Translations under genes and position numbers: made by a program
Assembly (NCBI GenBank): GCA_002633005.1
Contig: NMRA01000348.1
Span: 103,390 to 167,389, forward strand
DNA length: 64,000 nt
Direction of reading: 5' to 3'
Source of the DNA: Phoronis australis
Taxonomy: Eukaryota; Animalia; Phoronida
Shown: positions 48,901 to 60,900 of the stretch, one piece after another
How positions within the stretch are numbered: the first letter of the stretch is position 1
Layout: every line of letters begins with the position of its first letter
The notes under the pieces: model-generated
The model's database searches: none
The model's input: only the letters and a program-made list of their open reading frames with translations
What the model was told of the DNA's origin: nothing

Positions 48901-51900
48901 ATATCTCCAAGCAGCAACGTGGCGACTGATCACGTGTGACTAGATATTGCTTGCACCAATGGGACGAGGATGCAATTTCAATTTTGTTTGAAGCGCAACA
49001 CATAAACTGTGAACGAGCCTTTTTGCGAAGTCAAAAATGCCCCGCTATGTCACCTGATGTGAACAAGACGTTTCTCTTGGTACATCAATTTCTTACTTTC
49101 ATTAAGGAAACCACTTTCGTTGCTAAATTTCACCGTTGAAAGACGTACTTGCGGAAAACGCTTTGATTTTGGCGAGCGCCTTTCGAGGTGCATCGCCAAA
49201 AAGATGTGGATGTCTAAGTGTTTTGTTTCAGTTTGTATACTGTACTTTCCTTGTGATTTTTGAAATATCATTAGCAAATATTCAAAACATTGCCCTGCTT
49301 TATTGCCTTTTAAAATTTTTGTATTATGAGCCTATCCGATGTAATTAAGTAAATTTCTTTTCACCCACTTCTGCCTGTACATTCGCAACAGGATGGGCGC
49401 GATCGACGAGTGTGCTCGCCATCGACAGTCTTGCAATTTTTAGCCTCGATATTTTGAAGAAAATTCCAAAAGGTTTTGCCATTGTCATAGCACTAAGACG
49501 AGCATGTGATTCTCCATTTTTAATTATTATTTCTCGTTCACCACGGCTAATTTGCGAAACACGCTCGCAGAACGCGAGTAGTTCAGTAGCGACATCAGAC
49601 AATCGCTCGCCCAAAGAGCTTTTAATGAACTCAAGGCAGGTGGCGATAAAAGTCACTGGTGCCACGTGATCAGACCCCATTGCTTCTAAAAGTATCTCTA
49701 TGTCGTTAAAGACCAAGACTACAAGTCTGCAACCTTCTTTGTATTCTTTCTGTGGTCATGGAGATATTCAGAAAAAATAGAAAAGTTCCAACATTTGTTG
49801 TGTACTTGTTACCCCAGGTTCTTTTTGGAGTTGCAACTCGTTGGTTGCTGGCAGGTGTGACATTTTGAAATTGGTGTTGCACGTATTTCTGTATTTCAAT
49901 TCCCAAATTATTGTCTTACAGTTCCGCCATGCAATGTAGCTGCCGTAGCTGACAGCACCAACAACGCTGGAGGATCGCAGGTGAACAACGGAGTCCAAGT
50001 CACGTACACCTGTAAATCTGGCTATGTCTTTGAAGACCACCAGACGCAAAAGGTACTCACGTGTAATCAAGGAGTTTGGAGTGAGCCCGCAGGAAATTGT
50101 CTCACTGCACCGGATACCGAAAAACACTTTTTGTCAGTGCCTGGTAAGTCAAAACGGCAGGTCTAAGGACACGTTGCTAGGGCTTACTGCACGATCAAAA
50201 TTTTGAAATTCTCTCGTCTATAACTCGCGTTACGCCTAAGCCTGAGCAAACTTTTGTCTAAGCCGGCTCACCGCTATAAAATTGTCCCCCTCATGATCCT
50301 TAGTAAAAAAATTGACTTCCATGTTTACAAGGAACTAACAATTCGTAATTCCTTGACACCACTTACCGCCATCAATTTGGCCTCCTCTTGTTTTTTTTTA
50401 TAATCACTTTATTTTTTCAAACAAAGCTCGTAAAATGGCGCGCCAGTCAAGCTTCATTATTTGAGAATGTTTGTACATGTAAGTTTACGCGAAGCATCTC
50501 ATACGACTGATTAATTTTAGTTTCGAATTTCGAGTACATAGTTTAAAACGTACGGCCAAAGTGATTACGAAGTACTCTGAAATCACCTCCAATTTAACTA
50601 CATGGACATTTGGAAACCCGATCGAGTATTGGTTAAAATTAATACATCAACGCATCTATGCTAGGGTAGGGGTAATGTAAACGTGTCTAAGCGTTGACGA
50701 GTGATATTTAGGTGATGACTACGGGAATGTACAACTTGAGTACGGCGGAAAGTATAGTTTTGCTAGAATCCCTGTGTGCAGTGGGCGAATTTAATTTCTC
50801 ACTCTGTCAATCGTCGTTTCCAGGCAGCATGAAAGTTATGACCAGAAAGTCTAAAAAGAAGGTTGCTATAACATCTGGGTCCGCCCAGACGGTTGCTTCA
50901 ACTACAATGCGGTCGTGTTCCGACTCTTGTAAGGACACATCGTCGTGTGCTGCTGCCCAGTGGGACATCGGAAGCAGTCAGTGCAAACACTTTGATACTT
51001 CCGTGGTGTACACCATAGGGAGCGACACCTGCTGCCTCGTTTTTGTGAAGAAGTCTTACAATATTCCAGGTATAAAATATTGTGTGTGTATGAAGTCGAC
51101 CATGAAATCAGTTGATTGTTACATGAAAGAGTGTTGATAATCTAAAAATTACTAACTGACAAATTAACAAAAGCGTGATACGTGCAGATGTGGACTATCC
51201 CGTATTGTGCCATCTATTTTATATACCTTCCTTTCAATTCCACCTCACGTCAGACTTGTAACCGGTGACTGCCATCCTAGAAATACATGTAATTGGCCCA
51301 CTATCTGTCACCGTGCATGTTTCTAAAATGCTGTAACAACGGACAGTTCATTTTTGTCTGCAGACAACCAAGTTATATACATGTAGATGCACGTTTATAA
51401 TAATTACATCGTTTTTTAGCCATTAAGATTTGCAACTAGAATACCACTCCTCGTGACATATTTATTACACATGTTCCGGTCATAGGCCTGCTTTTTTATT
51501 TGGCGTACCGAAACCTGAAAAATATGCCACATTGCGAATACTGTCCGTTGTTTTTAAAATCGGTAAAATGACTGTAGTGAGACGGTCTCGGTAAAACTAT
51601 CTACTTTTAACAGGATTTTCAATTTTTTTAGACAGAAGCTGCGGCTCGAAAAAGCTTAATGTACAGTTCTTTTATAAAAAGAAGTTACAAGGCTACGGCC
51701 TGACAACCACAACGGTTGAACACCAGATGGCGTGCCTGGCCCACTGTATTGGCACATCTAGCTGCCTCTCGGCAGATTTCCACGAAGGAAGCCAAACCTG
51801 CACACCCAGGAACAAACATTGGATGAGTAATGTTGACCAGTTCACCTACGCTGACGGAGGCAGCTATAGAGAGATCCACATGGAATTCCAATGCACCGAC

Positions 51901-54900
51901 GGTAGGTATTCTGATTTTTTACTGCATTTTGCTGATGTGATTTCCACACCACTTGTGGAACGAGGCCACTCTTTGCTATTTCTGTTTCAAGCAGAATAGA
52001 AAAGATAATGATAAAAAAGAAATGATTAATCGTTGAGACTGATCACCAAGGAAGCTAGGTAATTTATGTGACTGAAGTAACATGGCTAGTTCCGTGGTCG
52101 CACGCTAGATGTAGCTGATAAAGTCTACTACCCTCAATTTTAAAACAAAGCTCCTATTATGTACTCGTTTTGATTTCGCATTAACTTTTGATTTAGACCT
52201 CTTACAAAAGTAAATCTGGTCTAAGGACGTTTTATTTTGACTTGGGAAGAACTCATGGCATTACTCGAAACGCTTTGCTAAGGTTTGTGAAACAAAAGCA
52301 ATACTATCACAAAAAGTGGCTGACATGCACGCTAAATAAGTACTTAGCCTTATAGGCAGGATGTGTGTTTCTATCATATTAAGTTACACAATCATGTATA
52401 TGGCGATTTTTGTTTGAACACAGCCAGCCTAGAATTATCATGATTCTTTCTTTGCAAATAGATGACGTCTGTCCGCCACACATGTACAAGGCGACGAATG
52501 GAAATTGTTACATTTTCACCGCGAACTCTCCTCTCAGCTTGCCCTATTCTAATGCTAAAACGTTCTGTGAACGAAGAGACGCGCACTTGGCGTTCATTAA
52601 AAGCGCCTCTGTGCAGAGTGCTGTAGTGGCAGTCATGAATGAGTAAGTTTTTGAGACTTAGTATTGTGGCTCGTAAGTTCTACGAATTATGGCTCGTATG
52701 TTCATAACAGTTCCTATATTTGTTACTGTTACCCATAAAAAATTGAAATGATGGAGACGGCCCAGTAAAAGGCCCACACCATGACTCTTCTTTCAATCCT
52801 GTATCTTTTAACATGAATAACCGTGTTCAAGAGCGATTACGACTGAATGAAAGTGATTATGAATCAAAATGCGGGCCTTCTGCCCGCCGCTCTTGTCACT
52901 TAATTTCTACTAGTCCATGGACAGCAAACCACAATAGTGATATTCCTTGTTTAGCAACGAAAAATGTACCTTCAAGATAACTCAGTATCTGTATTTTTGC
53001 AAATGAAGCATCAAAATGTGTGCGTCTCCCTTGAAAGTTTTTACGGGGTTGTAGGCCAAGAAAAATTCTTACTTCGGAGTGAAAATGGGACTTTAATGTG
53101 ACGTAATTTTGCTAACAATCTTAGTTGTAGTTGACTGCAGATTTTCAAATTTACAGCATCTCGACCTCGCTCTCAATATCCAAGCAAAACGTAATCATTG
53201 GCCTAAAGGACCGCGACGCATCGGCTGCTGGAAGAAACTGGCAGTTCGATGACGGGGAAACTGCGTCGTACCTACCTTGGCGAGGTAGCGAGCCAAACCA
53301 GGACAACAATGAGTGCGTGGTTGCCCGATGTAGCAGCAACTGTCACTGGGATGACCATACCTGCTCACAGTCGTCATACTTCTTGTGTGAGACGAACGGT
53401 ACATGTACGTAACAAATGTTATTTGCCTTTTGATATTTAACGTCATTTCCCTGGTTTCTCATTTCTTGGTTTTATCCTCTTAACAATGATACATCGCATT
53501 TGTCCCATGTGTGTAGTCAATTCATCGTGGAAATGCAAGCTTTTTATCTACTTGGTTTGTTTCTAATTTTCCTTTTTTAAAACAAAATATGTCACGATGA
53601 AATAAACAATTTCACACATTTGATTTCAAATTACCAGCAATGATGTCTAGGAAAAACTAAACCTTTTCAAAATGAATTTAGTTTTAAGTCATTTCGACTT
53701 ATGGATACGCTCATCGTCACCGTCATATTCACTGTGGTTATCATCATCCCTACATGTGCATCACCGTGACCACCACCACCATCACCGTAATCATCGTCGT
53801 CCTGGTCAAAGTCATCGTACCCATTCCCATTAGCGTATTATCAATCATCATCATCATGCTCGTCATTATCATGATCGTCATCGTCATCGTCATCGAGATG
53901 GTCGTCGTCGTCATCATCATCTTCATAATCATGATCACTACCATACCTTCATCATCATCATCGTCGTCGTCGTCGGTTTGTTTGTCGTCATCATGTTCAG
54001 TTCCACAGTAACACAATGAAGTTGAACAACACCCGTTCTTCTTTTCTTCCTGCTACTTTTCTGCCTCGTTTAAAATTCTTCATTTCTTTCAAAGTTTTCC
54101 ATCTCTTTCTTGGCGTGTGCGTGTGCCTGTTTGTCCAGATTTCGTTTTGCTGAAGTCCTCATTGCTTGCTAAAACAGACGATGAATGTTAACGCTTTACG
54201 GCGTCGATTGTTTATGCGTAGCCAAAACAGTTGTGACTCCTGGCGGTTGGTCGGAAGACTTCGATCCATGGGACAAACAATGTACCCTCTGTGGGAACCG
54301 GACTCGTTCAAAGCTGTGCAACAATCCAACACCTAGTCCCGGACAATCTTGCAGCGGATCAGCCGAGACAGAAGTACAACATTGTTTATGTCCTTCCTTG
54401 GAAAGACTGCAGTACATTCCAGATTCAGGTACTTATAGATTGGATTTAATATTGCAAGTTTTTCAGAGACTTTTGTCGTTTGACACGAATCCCTGCTAGA
54501 TTACTGTTTGTGGTAATGTAAACCGAGACAAGTCACCTGATCGACATTAAATCTACAAGTTATTCATATTCAGTTACTGATCCAGCGAGATATAAAAACG
54601 ACACAGATACACGTAACTCATGAAACATGACATTGTTAGACGTTGTTAACCACCAATGCTACGGTTGCTGATCGCATCCAATCAGTCGCCGAGTGAGAGC
54701 TATTTCAATTAGAGATGGTTCTTGTTTTCAGGATTGTGTGATTTAGCGAATGGCTTGCAACTGCAACTGGTGTCTTCGGATAGCCGACACCTAAGTGGCT
54801 ACGAAGTGTACACTCTAATTAACATATCCCATGAAGCCGACTGCGCTGTTGCATGCTATAACGACACACTGTGCAAATCGGCAGATTACCAAGCGGCAAC

Positions 54901-57900
54901 GCGAGCGTGCACTTTTAACAATATTACTTGGTTGGACAAAGATGTTCATTCTAGTGCTGTGTCCAAAAACGACAGCTTCACACACTTGGAATTTCAGTGC
55001 ATCGTAGGTAAGTGTGCCCACCAACAGGCCTCATTTTTTCTGCGCTTTTTGCAATGAACAGGTAGGATCCAATTTTTTGTGTAGGACAATCAGAGTTGTT
55101 TGCCTATGTGTCAAATGTTCCTTTGAGTATAACTTTATCACCCACATAGGGACTTTTAACATATTTGATGTGACCATTTAATCAACAAACGTTTTGAGGG
55201 ATTTTACGGAGCGAAGACTGTTTGGCCCCTAATCAGGTGTCATTTGCGTGCAAATCGGAAAGATTAGTCTCCTTTTTGAACAACTCCGAACATGTGCAGT
55301 TACATTTGTGGAATCTATCGTGTTGTTTAGACATGTGACTGCTGAAATTGATACTTCGCTTACTAGGCGATGGCTGTCCACCGGGATGGGTGTTCGCTAA
55401 CGCGGGTTGCTACGCAGTTACGTCAAAATACGATAGACATGAAGAGGCCAAAGAGTTTTGTGACATGCGCAACAGCCACCTTGCGTTCATCAATGACGAC
55501 ACTGAACAACAGAATATTCAGGAGTTGATTAACCGGTAGGTGGAAGCGTTTACCTTATATGTTCGGTTATGTCGTTCCCACTGTCTGAAAGGACGGGTTT
55601 ATACCCAGATATACGCATCGATTAAACCTGGAGTGCAAACACGGAACGTCATAAACCTATAGCTTAATTGTTGATGAAAGGTGGGTGGTTTCTTTATTCT
55701 GCCAGGTATTCTTAAAATTGTATATGAATTAAATAGAACAATTTCGAAGAAAAGTAAACAATAAGAACGTACTTATACAGTGTATGTGACGCACATATAC
55801 CTTTGAGTAAAAGCTTCTGATCCTCAAGGATGGTTGATCACCCATTATTCAGAGTGCCCAATTTATGTCAGGTTTGCGTGGCAGTTTTTGTTCACCAGTA
55901 CTTGCCTACGCATAACTGTGCATATTGTATATCCCGGGCCTGCTTGGATAAAAGTTATACGCTGGATAGCAACAACGAGATCGCATTGTCGGTGTCGCCT
56001 TGCCAATGATGAACAATGCACTTGACGTCTTTTAACAACTACGCGTATCCAGCGGATGAGTTTTAAGCAGCCTTGGTGCATTTTGATTTGTGCTACATAT
56101 GTATAAATTGACAACCTGTGCTCAGAACTGCCATAGCTAAGAGTGAAGAGATAAAACCGTACTGGCTGAGCTTTCCACATTCCGGGGACGCCTATGATTG
56201 GATGAACGTCTCTGGCGACGTCTATCAACATGTCAACGCAGACCACTGCGCCACCTTTGGCTGCACGAACACGACAAACAACACGTGCAGCGTAGGATCT
56301 GATTTCTGCAATGTGACGAGACTGATTCTTTGTGAAAAAGAGCCAATTTGTAAGTACTCACCGTGACGGTGGCAACGGAATGGTAGGCCTAAGGCCTCCG
56401 ATTCTTGAGTAGATCGCACCTGGATTTTCAATCTGCATCAAATACCACTGAAAATTCTCTTTCCGACTACAGCAATTTACACCTGTATAAACTTTTCCCT
56501 TCGAAAGAACATACGTGAGAGCCGGAGTATGCCTTTCTCAAGGGAAGTTGGGAGCATGAGTGTGGGGACTTCTTACATCTTAAATCCTGGCGCATATTTG
56601 CAGACTACAATGATCTTTGCACACGTCCCGGCAACTCTGGCTATTACAGACATCCATTATGGTCAACTATTTGGCTTCTTGTACTGTACCTTACACAAAG
56701 TTGGCCAGCACCCATTGAAACGGTTTGGGGTGATGTGTGGGCGCATATCAACGCTTTGCTATGCTCTCGTTTGAAAACTTTGTCACGCCGAAGCACTCTA
56801 TACTTATTCAACCAGCGAAATCCTTATTTTTATTTGAGACGCGCAAGCTGAACAAGAATTTAGCACAAAACTTCTTTTGGTGTCTTTTGCCTAAGTCGTC
56901 AACTTTGTAACCTAACCTACATCACATGTATTTATCTTTAATCACGCCACGTCGTATAACTGATTCTTCATTCTAATGATCTTTCCTACAGACGATGGGG
57001 CCCTGAGCGTGAACGACTTGCCAGACGGTGCATTTTCAAGATCATCTGAGCATGCTGATTGTCCCGTGACAAAACTACGTATGGACAGTGACCGGTCATG
57101 GTGTGCAGCGACCAACGCAGTCCCGAGCGATTACGTCCAAATTCACCTGAGTGTGGATTTAGTAGTAACTCTGATTGCTACAAAGGTATGTTGAATAAAG
57201 ATATTTCCAGAAGCTGTGGTTACGATGGACAAAACCTTTCACCGGGGTTGACAAGTTTTACATAGCACATCGTGAGTTTAACTTGATATTATACTAACTG
57301 ATAACTTGATATTAGACTAACAGATATTTGCAGATATCGTCGGCAAGTTTATCCAGTTACGCGTTATTCACTACACTTCGTGTGCTATTGACTAAGAACT
57401 CTGATAATGGACGCAAGTTGTTGCAGCCGGATTTGCCCCCTTGCGCTTCTAGCACATTTGAAATGCTTTATACTCCTGGTGTTAAACAAGCTGATTTACT
57501 AACTACACTGTACCTACGCAGTGTAAATATGATCTAGAACAACTAACGTTTTCACAGGAGCAAACACCGATTCCTTCGATTTGATTGTCATGCAAACGGG
57601 GTATTGGCAATAAACGTTATTGATCTTTGATGGTAACATATTTGTTTTCATTTTCCCCAGGGTCGCAAGGATCTGGCCCAGTTTGTGACGTCGCTAGAGA
57701 TCTATACGTCCTTGGATGGTTCGACTTTTTCTTGCATCACGAAAGTCGAGGATGTTTCAACGTGCGAAGTGGTAAATATGAGTAGCGATGTCATTCGTTT
57801 TTAAATATCAGTGAAGACGCTTCTTAAAAACAATAAGTGGCTTGAAAAACTTCGTCAGCAGCACGAATATCCGATATATACCATATCATATACTATTTGC

Positions 57901-60900
57901 TTTCTGCAACTGAACCAAGGTTTCTCGCAGCAATAACGTCTCAATAACGTAACCCCGGTCTCAAATCTGTATCCGACGTCTGAATAGCTTAAAGCAAGAC
58001 TTCGCGAGATTACGTGAGAAATTGCCGTGTATTTTAAATGAGAACACCTGACTTTGACTAGGTTTTAGCTAGGTCAGTGGCGGATCTACGTTTTCAGCAA
58101 GGGGGAGTTTAGGATTCCCGCCAAGGTCGAATCCTAGGCGCGTAGCGCCGAGCGGGGGGGAGGTCGGGAGGGGGTTTCCCCTCCCGTGTAAGATATTTTT
58201 TTGTTTTTGTAGCCAAATAGTGAAATTTCCATGCATCCTGGTAAGTTTCTGTCACTTAACATGTCTCTGGAGTTTTTCTTAAGATAATTAAAAACCGTTC
58301 TCGATTTCGTCACACGAACTTGGCACATAAGTTTCGTGAAACCATATTGTGCACATCTGGGTATGAGTCACGCCACCAGCAAAAATTTTTGTTGGAACAT
58401 CTGCTTACACACACCTTTTTTAGCATACGAAAAGTCGTATACGAAAAAGTGTGGTGTGTATACAGGGGTTTAGACAATTTCCAAATATTCAAGAGCATAA
58501 TTAAGGAGCACCGACGGGGCGTAAAAACTTGAATATCAGATGATCGCGTAACAGCAGCCTCAAGTTGTTTAAGAACGAAGACCTGTACTGTTAGTCCGGA
58601 AATAAACATGTGTTCTGTCTCGTTGCGAGAAAAACTGGCGAACGATGGTGCNNNNNNNNNNNNNNNNNNNNNNNNNNNNNNNNNNNNNNNNNNNNNNNNN
58701 NNNNNNNNNNNNNNNNNNNNNNNNNNNNNNNNNNNNNNNNNNNNNNNNNNNNNNNNNNNNNNNNNNNNNNNNNNNNNNNNNNNNNNNNNNNNNNNNNNNN
58801 NNNNNNNNNNNNNNNNNNNNNNNNNNNNNNNNNNNNNNNNNNNNNNNNNNNNNNNNNNNNNNNNNNNNNNNNNNNNNNNNNNNNNNNNNNNNNNNNNNNN
58901 NNNNNNNNNNNNNNNNNNNNNNNNNNNNNNNNNNNNNNNNNNNNNNNNNNNNNNNNNNNNNNNNNNNNNNNNNNNNNNNNNNNNNNNNNNNNNNNNNNNN
59001 NNNNNNNNNNNNNNNNNNNNNNNNNNNNNNNNNNNNNNNNNNNNNNNNNNNNNNNNNNNNNNNNNNNNNNNNNNNNNNNNNNNNNNNNNNNNNNNNCCCC
59101 TTGGTCATTCCTTGTATAGACATAACTTCTTATAGAGTGTGTCTTCAAACGGACTCGCGACCAGACCACGGCGCCCGCCACAATAGCAATTCTTCGGAAA
59201 AATATTTTTTTTTCAAAAATATTACATGTACATGTACACTGTATGATATTGCGCAAGACAACTTTACTATACACCAGTTACAAACGTGATGAGTGTAATA
59301 GAATGACACGGCATGACGGATGAGGTAAAAACGTTGCACGTCAATTCGCCTGAATATCAAGGTTGCGGCACCGCAGTATTTCCCCTAATCAAATCAAAAT
59401 ATATCTTAGAGTAAAGAAGCTAGTTACCTAAAGAAATCAGCTATAGAACTGCTCTTTCAGCGGTGAATCCATCTAAAATGCTTGACTACTTCCAGAAGTG
59501 TCGACGGAAGCTCGCACACAATAAATCCCCGCGCGTTTTGCCGATGAGCCACAAAGACTCAGCAATTCACAATGCAAAAAGCTATATTTTCAGAGTGAAC
59601 CCCCCTCAATTTTTTCCAAATTGGTTTACTTGGGGTTTACACACGCTGGCGGTGCCGTTTTTGTTTTGCTGGAGACGCTTTTGTTTTTTTTTGTTTTTTT
59701 TTAATTTTTGGGTCCTGGCCCGAGGGGGGGTTTAAACCCCCTGAACCCCCCGTAGATCCGCCACTGTAGGTCCTAGGGTACATGTACGTCCTAGCGTCTA
59801 CTGAACGCACGCCCGGTCTCGAATCTGTTTCCGACGTCTGAGTAGCTTAACACATGCGCAGTGGTTAAACGCGTAATATTACTTCCTGAACACGTGATCT
59901 TATGTGATGTTTGTTCGACCACTTCATGTTTCCTGGTTTACACGTACATATTGTCTTTCAGTTCGAGGCTAACACAGATGCAAACAGTATACGTTTCATA
60001 GAATTACCCAAACCTCTGCTAGCACGCTATGTAAGAATCAAGCCAAATACTTACTCTGGGTACAAGTCCATGCGTCTAGAAGTGTACGGATATCGTTATG
60101 GTAAGCAAACACTACAAAACATTAACACGGCGGCTCACGCTTTCGGTTGAAAACAGCAGTACCTTTTTAGCCCAATTGAGCATTGGTGTGGCTTTCTTCA
60201 CGGTGTGCACATGCCCACGTGAACAGGAAAATATCCAACCAAAGACATCTTTGAGAGATCCCACCATGCACTTCCTTAGTTTTTGAGGTTTTAATTAGCT
60301 ACTGAGAAATGAATACCATAAAATCTAACTAAAGCAGCACCTTTTATGCCAAATAGTAACATTTTTTAATTTTGAAAAAATTCGTTATTTCCAAGTTTCC
60401 CGCCAACTGATGTAATGTGTGGAAGACGTTTGGTCACTTGACAATCAGTTGCAACGACAAGAACTGGACAATTGTTACAGCTCTCTTTTAAAATTCGTGA
60501 GGCTCTACAGCGTACTCATCAGTTGGTGCAAGCACAGTCTCAATAGGCAACTGGCATACCACAGGTCGGGTTGTCATTGTTAGTCTAATTTATTGTTTCT
60601 CCCTGGAAGTGACTGCGTCTGTGTTTCATTACTTGTTGTTGGGCTTAGCAAGGTGGCCACTGTGCTTTTTTCTTCCGATGATGGGGTTTCAAAAAACGAT
60701 GAAACATGTCAAGCCGGTTTTAATCTGTTGTTATTTTTATAGACAAATATCCATACGAGTGGTCTGAATAATTTTGTAGACCTTCCGGGTGTGAGCACAA
60801 AGAAGATAGAAATTTACGGTGAGTGGTCAAATTGGGGATCGTGGGACAAATGTCGGTTATCTGGCGAACGCAAAAGGTGGCGCAACTGTACTGGACGCGA

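Noticed and set aside
53750-54016. Ile/Val-rich and Asp/Met/Thr-rich ORFs resembling membrane or acidic biomineral proteins
   Set aside because: They are translations of an intronic (CAT/CGT)n microsatellite, and the flanking exons join in frame without them.
58569-59289. Five long ORFs of 169-227 aa in the ORF track
   Set aside because: They are open only because they cross the 445-N gap.
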